From NCBI GenBank assembly GCA_037447605.1, contig CM074804.1, positions 3,263,909-3,327,908 of the forward strand: a DNA stretch of 64,000 bases. Direction: 5' to 3'. Positions 40,093-51,100 of the stretch are shown here, one piece after another; positions within the stretch are counted from its first letter, which is position 1, and each line of letters opens with the position of its first letter. The notes beneath the pieces were generated by a model. That model searched no databases and was not told the origin of the DNA. It saw only the letters and a program-made list of their open reading frames with translations. The DNA comes from Zygnema circumcarinatum SAG 698-1b (taxonomy: Eukaryota; Plantae; Zygnematophyceae). Both the position numbers and the translations under genes were made by a program.

Positions 40093-40192
40093 NNNNNNNN
40101 NNNNNNNNNNNNNNNNNNNNNNNNNNNNNNNNNNNNNNNNNNNNNNNNNNNNNNNNNNNNNNNNNNNNNNNNNNNNNNNNNNNNNNNNNNNN
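40093..40192. other. Assembly gap (100 N); a second 10-N gap lies near 42858-42867
   Basis: Runs of n in the sequence. Confidence 1.
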
Positions 40193-40476
40193 ACCAATGA
40201 TAACTAGAAGCCTAGCCAAGAGACTCAGCCGAGGAGAGGAGAGGGAAGAGAGCCCCCAAGGAAGGGCTCTTTGCGCATTGAGTCCCAGCCGCCAGGAACA
40301 TCTTCGTGATCCCCACGCCGCGCTGCATTCTGAATCTCCCGGATCCTGGCTCTATGCTGCAGGCAGACCCACAGGACCAACACAACCCTTCATCAGTTTC
40401 AGCACGGACGCGCGAGTGGCCGTACAGCACCTGCAACTAGCTCAGCAGTCTCCTCTTAACCCCACTTATCTTGTGC

Positions 40477-40994
40477 TACAGCGTCCTCAATATTTTCGCC
40501 CCAATTTTGCCGAAACCACTTTTTTGTACGGTAACTTGTGTTAACCGTACTTTTCGTACTGTTCGTACTGTTCACCTCGTCCGTACCATCTGTACTAGCC
40601 GCTACGGGCTTTACGCAAAACGCGACTGCACTTCCCCTCGCTCGCGCCACCGCAGAGGCCGCTTCTCTTCCCCGGGGCTTTGACTTCATAATATAAGATA
40701 CGTATACGATACGCCAATACGTATACTTAAACTCCTCGATGGTTGGATGGCGTATAGTATGTACGACAGTATATGCGCTTTCGCCGATATGTCATTTATA
40801 CGCATACTTTATGTTGAAATGATACAGTACAATACGGTACGATATGGTGCTCTGTACGATACGCATCGCTCAACATGAACTCTAACATAATACCGCCTTC
40901 GCCTATTCGTAATATCAACCTTTATATATGCAAATTTAATATTTTCACCATTTGCCCTGAACCAGGTGTGAAAAATATGAGGACTTCTACTGTA
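40477..40994 (+). mobile_element. MITE, GTAC/CGATA-rich family (Tc1/mariner-pogo-like ends)
   Basis: Imperfect TIRs TACAG..GTCCTCAATATTTTC and GAAAAATATGAGGACTTCTACTGTA. Internal blocks ttttgccgaaaccac..gtacggtaac and aacatgaactctaacataataccgcc are shared with the copies at 58.5-59.7 kb. Confidence 0.7.
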
Positions 40995-42189
40995 CGGCCG
41001 GTGGAATCGGGTCCTGGAGTACGAACGAGGTAACGATGCGGGCGCAAGTGGTAGCACGCAAGCGGAGTCGCAGTGAGGGTGAGCCGCACTTTGGGTGTCG
41101 GGAAGCTAGTCCTTGTGGGTGAGACTTGCGGGTGCTCAGCCTGGCGGTAGAGTACATGGCCATCTGGGTTAGAGCGGTGGTGTTGGTATCGCTGTTGCGG
41201 CTGGGTGTACTATGCATAGCAAGACACGGCAGTTTATTTAGGTTGTTTGAATAAGGTTGTTGCCGGTCTCGGGGCGCCAAGTGACGTGGACATGGTCACG
41301 CCACAGCCCCATACTCATATATGTACCGGTAGCTCGGTGCCTGTAAGTTGGGGCAACTTCTGATGAGCATTGCAAAGCCACGCGCTTGAGTGTACGGCTT
41401 TGGCAAGAGGAGGTGGACCTTTGTGAGAGTCTCCGTGGTGTGGAGAGTCAGCCTCACGCCAAGGTGAAGTTGGATCATGCAGAAAGCTGACTAGGCTTAC
41501 GGGGCTTGAGTCGAAAGCCACATCATAAAAGGAGTTTTAGGTCAGAGCTTCCTACGTTTTTCTATTCCTCTTGTGTGTCAGGGCAAGCATCTCTGAGTGA
41601 AAAATGAGTGAGAGTGCTGCGGGCACCAGGAGGGAAGTTTCCATGGATAGTGATGGTGGGGAAAGGGTTGGAGACGAATTTGCATCTCATCACTCCGCCC
41701 CACTCACACTTACTTTGTCGCCTACCTCTAACTGCATTGTATATAAGCAAGCTTAGGACATTGTATAAGCACCTCATTGAATAAACACTTTCATTTTGTT
41801 TGCGTTGTTGATTTTGGAATTATTGAATGAAGGAGTGACATTGTGCGACAATAAACGAGAATGGAGAACAAACACAAGAAAGATTGATCAAGGGCTTGGT
41901 GACCACGACTGCACCAGATCTTTGTGCTGCTCACAAGAAACCAAATCCGCGATCTGAGAATGAAGCTACCATAAAAAATCCGCGCCATGTGCAGCCATAG
42001 ATAGGATTGGTCAATCGCGCAGTAGTCTTTAGCCGACGCAGTTTGGCACCCTCGCATTGTTACAAAAGCACCCCGCCGGCCGCTTCACGCAGAGGACGAA
42101 GCCCACGGCCACCGCACTCACCCAACGAGACAAAGCTCGTGGAGGCCCATGCACTGCCATGTGGCCTGCGATCTCGCCCCACAAAATCG

Positions 42190-45100
42190 CTAAATCACAC
42201 TTCGACACGTGTCTGCCTTCTGCCACGTGTAATACGGTCGGCATGCGCCCGAAGGCACCACCTGATAGCCGGTGCAGATCTGCCCTCACAACAACACACA
42301 AAAGAGCTCGTGATTTCCTTCACCGTCGTGTACCCTGTCAGTGACAGACCTACATATTCAAGTTGGGGGGGCTTATCCCCCCCTCAGATTTTTGAATATT
42401 CAACTTTTTTTATTTTATCTGAAGTATTTTATGATGAAAGAAGGCTTAGCCGCCCCTCAGCAAAAATCCTGGAATCAATAGGGTAACCGTGTTGCTGTAT
42501 GATGTCAAGGAAGAAAGACGAGAGCGAGGTTGAGCCATGTTGGGTGCTAGTGAATCCCATGCATGCATGTACATACATGGAGCTCGATGCGTGTACGCAT
42601 GCATGCATGCATGGGATGAGCGTGCCGTACCCTCTGCCCCACGTAGAGATTCCCGCAGTTGATGCCGCGGTTGATTTCGAGGAAGTCGAAGCGCGCCAAG
42701 GAGCGGGTCCTCCCGAGGATGGCGGCGCAGCTCTTGCTGCCGCGGTCGCTCTCGAGGACCACATCGGCGCTCGTGCACACCTTCGTGCTGTCGGGCGGCC
42801 CCGCCACCAGGCACACCTGCAAGGGGGGGGGGGGCTCGCCCTCGCTCGTTCGGGGCGNNNNNNNNNNGGAGGGGAGGGGAGGGGAGGCGGACTCAGGGCG
42901 GGTGGTATTAGCGCTTTTGGTGGTGTTCATAGCGTCCTACTGCACCTGCTGGCCAGGCTGAATGCCGATGGGAGTGCCATCAGGCGCTCTGGTGACGCCA
43001 CATACGAGTCCTGGATTCAGCTTGACGAGGGAGCCTACAGCGAGGCCGAAAGCGGTTTCAATCGCCCAGCACGAGTCGTTCTGCATTCACACATTTGACC
43101 TCTGTCACTTAGAGTAGGTCAAGAACATTGTGAACAGAACGAACAAGATAAAGAAGCGAATTGCTTTTTTTGTCACAATGGAGGTGGGGTCTCCGAATGT
43201 TGACTGCGTCTGGTTGGTCTGGCTTGGCCATACAGATTGGTTTTCGTATATTTTATTTTAAGAAGAGAAGCAGTTTCAGCATGTTCGGCATGAAGCGGAC
43301 CTGCTGAATGCTGTAGAGAACCTTGCAGGTTTTTGCTGCTGTATTTCGAATGTTTAGGACATCACCCATCCACAACGGATTACAAAGATCCTGCACATTG
43401 ACATGAGAGAGAACACGAGAAGATAATAAATGAATAACAAATAACAAATGAATGAAGATGAATAGAAGGTTGTGGCTCTGTCGAAGAACATCGATTGAAG
43501 AGAGTGAGCATGTGCAAAATCATCCTAATGAATTTTCCTTACACAGCAGCAGCCACACGTACCCGATTGGCCCTCGTGTTTTGACTTTTCAGTTGCATTA
43601 TTGTTAATCCAGAAGCGTAAGCGATAATATAGCAATAATCTCCCGCTTTGACAGTGTACTTCTGCGGCGATGGCGAGTTCGCTTGCACCGCTGCACAGAA
43701 GCATTCAATATTTCAATATAGCACGCTACTAAGACCACGCAAGCTGAAAAGGGGCAGCAAGAAAAGAGGAAAGAGGTGTTCCGAAATTCCCTATTTCCAG
43801 ATAGAACCGAGAACTACATTGTCGTTGATGTGCGATGGGTCCAAAGTCCAAACAATGCGAACACACACCCACACACATTGGAGCTGTGTGCAGTGCAAGC
43901 ACTTACGCGGAACACAGAGCGGCCTGCCGTCACTGTTGACCGCGCTGACATATCCTACAAAGCAGACGCAATGGTAGTAGCCGTTGTTCTCATTCACGCA
44001 GTTGCCCGCTCCGCACGGGTTCAAGCTTGTGGCGCTACACACGTCCACTGCCACAAGCGCGATAGCGCAACAACGGACATTCGATAAAGGCACGTGGAAG
44101 TTGGATCGGACGGCTTGCCTTTAATAAGGGTTGAGCCCAGTGGGCACTGAAGGTTAGGAGAAAGTTATACACAATGCAAAGTCCGATTGACTATCGGAAC
44201 AATAACAAAAGCAACGCGATTGTTTCTATGATATGCAAGTACTTACCGAGGGCGCAAGTCTGCGTGTTGTCGGTATTCTGAGCAGCGACATACTTGCTTG
44301 GGCATTGGCATGTGTATGAACTCCCAGAGTTTATGCAGGTGCCTCTCCCACAAGGGTTGATTCTCACATTGCAGGGGTTGCCGTCAGGCGCTGCACATGC
44401 AGGGAGAGGGGCCTTGAGATAAGCCAAAGCGACTATCGGGACAAGGTTGTATGAGTTTCATCAGCAAGCATGATCATGAGCTTTCAGGGCCGGGAGGAGC
44501 ATATCGTTTGCGAATTCAACTTTTTGTCATGAAACTCCGTTTGTACCAACTGGTTGTCGTTGTCCAAAAAATAGTAACTTGGAATGTCCTATGGTTGCGT
44601 TGCTACGCAGCATCCAAACAGAGAGGCCGTACCACCTGCAAGGCTTCAATCCTCAATACCAAAAACAACTACAATAAGAATATTTGGAAGACCTTGTTTG
44701 AGGAACGTGCGCGAGCAAGTACTACTCACAGGCGATGACAGGGTAGAGGGCGGAGAGGGCCGCGAGTCCGCAACTTCCCTGCTTGATGCGCGCGTAGCCG
44801 CTGCGGCCCCACCCGGGGCCGAACGAGTTCCGTACGATCCAGTACGCGACGCCGCTCTCGCTGCCGTACCCGACGAGGGCGAGGGCGTGGCTCAGCTGCG
44901 AGTCGTCCTTGCAGTCTCCCTCTGAGTCGGTGAATATGTCCCACTTCACAGCGTTCACACACACACACAAGCAGAACAACAGGGTATGCTTTGAACATTT
45001 ATAAGCATAATCTCAATGAAGTGATTCTCAATGAGCAGCACGGAATTCTATTTTATACTACGTACAGCTTGGTAATGCAAGCAGAAGGTCCCATAGTCTA

Positions 45101-48100
45101 GAAATGGTTACTTGAACCGTTCACTTGCCGAAGAAGCGACTTATTCAAAACGCATATAGCATATCCATGATCGCTTTAACCCGCATACCAGAGGTTCTGT
45201 TGACGATTTGAGCCTAGTCCCTCCCACTACTCTCACTCTCTGACATGCTTGCAATGTCTGAATCACGACAACTCTCAAGTGCACACACTGAAAAGCAGAT
45301 GATCCAATCAAGCACACACCGAAAGAGAAGAAGTAAGGAGAAAGCTCCTCGGCCTCAAAACTCCTTAATAAAGAAATGAAGAGAAACAAGCATTTATGTC
45401 AAGCCCTCAGGCTTCCACCTATGCTCTGACTAACTCCCCTACTTCCTGCTGCCCATACAGCCAGGCAACTACACTCGGCAACACGAGCCAAGCTACAGCT
45501 GAATTAAGTTGAACTCTCAGGTTGATTAACTCCTAATCAACACCTACTTAAATACTAAGCGCTGCACTACTCCACGTTCTACTGCACGCCGCCGCGCGCC
45601 ACCGCGCTCCACCGCACAGCGCACCTCCATGTCGCTGGTGATGCTCCACGTCTCCAGGAGCTCGCCTCGCACCGCGCTGGAACTCACCCTCATGGTCGCC
45701 ATGGCCAGGAGGGAGAAGGTCCGTACAGTTTCCTCCTTCCAAAGGCGCACCGACCTTCTCGAAGCTTCGCATCCACGCGCGCGCTTCTCCAGCGCCTGTG
45801 TTGGTCGTCCGTACATCCATGCGTCTCGTAAGCTCCGGACATTTCGTACGGTCGTCCACTAAAGCAATAAGCAATACAAAGCTGACACGCAGCCTATCGC
45901 TGCGCGCCACGTGTCCAAACTATACTTATCAATTCTAAGTAGACTCCTGTGGTGGCGCGGCCTATCGCCGCCCTCCACGTGTCCTACTCAGACTTCTCGT
46001 GTTCCCACTAAGAACAGCGCCCTAGCGCCCTGTTCAGACTGTGACCAAATCTCCTAAGGACCGCCGACAAAAGGCTAAGGACCGTACAGCGTACAATTCT
46101 AGGCTATACCCTTATTGTACCCAACATTCCCCCTCTCGGTCCTAGCCACCCAACACAACCAAAAGTTCCTACGCCTATGAGGATACTATTACGGCAATCC
46201 ATCTTTCCTTGGTACCATGAGACTCCTCAGCTCACTACTCAAGGCTACTCCCTATTGCTATCATCCGCCCCCTCTTAAACTACAAGCAGGGTTTGGTGTT
46301 CAGCAACACTACCCATCATGAGTGCAGCAATGCTAGCGAAGTCAGCCGACTCGTTCGTCATCCTCATTGTCCATCCGTCATTGTTCCGCTCACGTCCCCC
46401 CGTGATCCCGAAGAATGGAACGACTCTCGTAGCGTCCTTGTTCAACGGAGCCTCCATGCCAGTTGCAGTTCCGGTTTCTCCTTCCTCCTGTACCGCCAGC
46501 GAGGTACATGGTACGGCCGAGGGGCCGGCCTCACCTAATGACGCGGTGCCAGGCGCCGCAGGCTCAAACCCGATCAACGGTCCGGATGTCAAGCACGGCG
46601 TGACCGGTGACGCTCCCTCCGAATCGGACTCCACCTTCACATCCAACGGCGCTGATTCCTCCTCCTTTCTCACATCACACGGCACAAGGTCCGCTTGATC
46701 GACGGTCGCCTCCAATCGGCTCATCTCCACCATCGATTTGAAGTAAGCAGGCTCTCCACCAAGGATCGCCGAATCGCCACCGTCCGCTCCAATAGTAATT
46801 TCGAAATTGGGCCACGGCTCAAAGTTCTCCTCGAAATCCTTGTCGCCTTTCTCTGTTGTTTTCTCCTGCAGCTTGAAGCCTCTGCTCCTCTCTGCAAACT
46901 CGTGCTTCATCACACTCACGTAGCACTTCAGACCCCACACACGAGCGACATAAGATATGTAATTTCCTTCGCTGTCCAATCGAAAAGTCTTCACCTTTTG
47001 CCCGGATTCTAGCTCCACCACCTCTTGCCACTTCTCAAATGCAGCAAAGGTCTCAGCTTTGCTCTCCAGCATTCGGACCCGAATTTCCCGAGAACAATCA
47101 TTCAGAAAAGTAATAAAGAATTGTAAGCCTTCTAAATTAGCAAGAGAATTGGGGCTGCACATATCAGTGTGGACCATCTCAAGCCTTTCCTTGGCTCGGC
47201 CCTCCTCTTCACTCCCATGGCTTGAAAGCTGGCTATGAGCTTTCCCAGCAAGGCAATCTGTACAAAACTCTACCTCTGCCACGAACGCACGTTGAAGTCC
47301 CTGGGTGTGTAGGACATCTCCCATGATGATTGTCCTCTTCATCTTCCCTTCTCGAATCTTCAGCTTCACACGTCCTCCTCGGGAATCGTACACCCCCTCT
47401 CCAGTTTTTGCGTTGGCACATCTTGCCGCCACCATCTTTCTTTGCTCTGCACCAAAGGTTTTGTCAGAGCACCTGTGCTTTGAAACACCTGCATCAACTA
47501 GACATGGCAGCTCGACCTCCACATCTCGGACACCTCCAACAAACTCGTCTTTCTCAAAATCACCCCGTGCACCCAACCCCATCATTAGGTTCATCTCGGT
47601 AGTGCCGCCTCGACAAACAGCGGCTCTGTGACCCTTCTTGCCGCACTTGAAGCAGGTCCCTCGAAAAATGGACCTCTTGGTGATTTCATCTTCACTCGAA
47701 GGCTCGTCCGAGCTCTCGGGTCGTCCCTTGTTCTGGTAGCAGTCAGTTGACACGTGCCCAAGCTTGCCGCAAGTAAAACATGTTGGGGTGGGTCTTCGAT
47801 CATTCCTCCCCTTTTTCTTAGCCTGGATTAGCAACACATTGTCTACACCTGAACTCTCCTTTTCTATCAATGAGTCAGCCTCTCTTATCCTCCCTTTGAC
47901 TTGCTCCATGGTCATGGGCAAACTGGAAAGATGAGTCCTCAATGACTCCACTGTTCCCTCATATTTGCTTGGCAATCCTACCAGGAATTGGTGAATCTTG
48001 CTAGGTAATGGAATCGGCTGCTTAGCCACTACACACCTCTGCATAAGGCTATCAAATTTCACTATATAATTGGTTAATGTTTCTCCCTTTTCCATCCTGC

Positions 48101-51100
48101 AAGCACTTATTTCTGCATACAGGTTTACTGCCAATCCTCCCTCTGCAACCTCATACACTGCTTGAAGACTAGTCCACATCTCAGCAGCAGATCTTAAGTC
48201 TAGCAGCATGGTAGAGGGGCCATTGCCTACTGTCATGGCGATGTATCCTGCGGCCTTCTTGTTCTTCACTTGCCACAGGTCAAACGCCTTCACGTCCGCC
48301 GTCCCCTCAGAGTCGGCCGGAGAAGGTGGTTCCGGGGTGCTCCCGTCTACGTACTTGAAGAGGCCCTTGCTCTCCAACAGGTACGTCATCCTCCACCTCC
48401 AATGTCTGTAATCTGTCCCTTCGAAAACCGGGACCCTATACCTGGGTTCCTCATCGGAAAACGCTCTGATACCACTGTTGACAATTTGAGCCTAGTCCCT
48501 CCCACTACTCTCACTCTCTGACATGCTTGCAATGTCTGAATCACGACAACTCTCAAGTGCACACACTGAAAAGCAGATGATCCAATCAAGCACACACCGA
48601 AAGAGAAGAAGTAAGGAGAAAGCTCCTCGGCCTCAAAACTCCTTAATAAAGAAATGAAGAGAAACAAGCATTTATGTCAAGCCCTCAGGCTTCCACCTAT
48701 GCTCTGACTAACTCCCCTACTTCCTGCTGCCCATACAGCCAGGCAACTACACTCGGCAACACGAGCCAAGCTACAGCTGAATTAAGTTGAACTCTCAGGT
48801 TGATTAACTCCTAATCAACACCTACTTAAATACTAAGCGCTGCACTACTCCACGTTCTACTGCACGCCGCCGCGCGCCACCGCGCTCCACCGCACAGCGC
48901 ACCTCCATGTCGCTGGTGATGCTCCACGTCTCCAGGAGCTCGCCTCGCACCGCGCTGGAACTCACCCTCATGGTCGCCATGGCCAGGAGGGAGAAGGTCC
49001 GTACAGTTTCCTCCTTCCAAAGGCGCACCGACCTTCTCGAAGCTTCGCATCCACGCGCGCGCTTCTCCAGCGCCTGTGTTGGTCGTCCGTACATCCATGC
49101 GTCTCGTAAGCTCCGGACATTTCGTACGGTCGTCCACTAAAGCAATAAGCAATACAAAGCTGACACGCAGCCTATCGCTGCGCGCCACGTGTCCAAACTA
49201 TACTTATCAATTCTAAGTAGACTCCTGTGGTGGCGCGGCCTATCGCCGCCCTCCACGTGTCCTACTCAGACTTCTCGTGTTCCCACTAAGAACAGCGCCC
49301 TAGCGCCCTGTTCAGACTGTGACCAAATCTCCTAAGGACCGCCGACAAAAGGCTAAGGACCGTACAGCGTACAATTCTAGGCTATACCCCTATTGTACCC
49401 AGGATTCCCCCTCTCGGTCCTAGCCACCCAAAACAACCAAAAGTTCCTACGCCTATGAGGATACTATTACGGCGATCCATCTTTCCTTGGTACCATGAGA
49501 CTCCTCAGCTCACTACTCAAGGCTACTCCCTATTGCTATCATCCGCCCCCTCTTAAACTACAAGCAGGGTTTGGTGTTCAGCAACACTACCCATCATGAG
49601 TGCAGCAATGCTAGCGAAGTCAGCCGACTCGTTCGTCATCCTCATTGTCCATCCGTCATTGTTCCGCTCACGTCCCCCCGTGATCCCGAAGAATGGAACG
49701 ACTCTCGTAGCGTCCTTGTTCAACGGAGCCTCCATACCAGTTGCAGTTCCGGTTTCTCCTTCCTCCTGTACCGCCAGCGAGGTACATGGTACGGCCGAGG
49801 GGCCGGCCTCACCTAATGACGCGGTGCCAGGCGCCGCAGGCTCAAACCCGATCAACGGTCCGGATGTCAAGCACGGCGTGACCGGTGACGCTCCCTCCGA
49901 ATCGGACTCCACCTTCACATCCAACGGCGCTGATTCCTCCTCCTTTCTCACATCACACGGCACAAGGTCCGCTTGATCGACGGTCGCCTCCAATCGGCTC
50001 ATCTCCACCATCGATTTGAAGTAAGCAGGCTCTCCACCAAGGATCGCCGAATCGCCACCGTCCGCTCCAATAGTAATTTCGAAATTGGGCCACGGCTCAA
50101 AGTTCTCCTCGAAATCCTTGTCGCCTTTCTCTGTTGTTTTCTCCTGCAGCTTGAAGCCTCTGCTCCTCTCTGCAAACTCGTGCTTCATCACACTCACGTA
50201 GCACTTCAGACCCCACACACGAGCGACATAAGATATGTAATTTCCTTCGCTGTCCAATCGAAAAGTCTTCACCTTTTGCCCGGATTCTAGCTCCACCACC
50301 TCTTGCCACTTCTCAAATGCAGCAAAGGTCTCAGCTTTGCTCTCCAGCATTCGGACCCGAATTTCCCGAGAACAATCATTCAGAAAAGTAATAAAGAATT
50401 GTAAGCCTTCTAAATTAGCAAGAGAATTGGGGCTGCACATATCAGTGTGGACCATCTCAAGCCTTTCCTTGGCTCGGCCCTCCTCTTCACTCCCATGGCT
50501 TGAAAGCTGGCTATGAGCTTTCCCAGCAAGGCAATCTGTACAAAACTCTACCTCTGCCACGAACGCACGTTGAAGTCCCTGGGTGTGTAGGACATCTCCC
50601 ATGATGATTGTCCTCTTCATCTTCCCTTCTCGAATCTTCAGCTTCACACGTCCTCCTCGGGAATCGTACACCCCCTCTCCAGTTTTTGCGTTGGCACATC
50701 TTGCCGCCACCATCTTTCTTTGCTCTGCACCAAAGGTTTTGTCAGAGCACCTGTGCTTTGAAACACCTGCATCAACTAGACATGGCAGCTCGACCTCCAC
50801 ATCTCGGACACCTCCAACAAACTCGTCTTTCTCAAAATCACCCCGTGCACCCAACCCCATCATTAGGTTCATCTCGGTAGTGCCGCCTCGACAAACAGCG
50901 GCTCTGTGACCCTTCTTGCCGCACTTGAAGCAGGTCCCTCGAAAAATGGACCTCTTGGTGATTTCATCTTCACTCGAAGGCTCGTCCGAGCTCTCGGGTC
51001 GTCCCTTGTTCTGGTAGCAGTCAGTTGACACGTGCCCAAGCTTGCCGCAAGTAAAACATGTTGGGGTGGGTCTTCGATCATTCCTCCCCTTTTTCTTAGC

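Noticed and set aside
40995-41780. Short ORFs between the MITE and the LysM end
   Set aside because: No recognisable motifs or consistent splice pattern; probably intergenic or decayed repeat DNA.
42339-42480. Possible small hAT-like MITE (cagtgacagacc...gggggggcttatccccc...aaaatcctgga)
   Set aside because: The ends are too degenerate, and no TSD or second copy is visible in the window.
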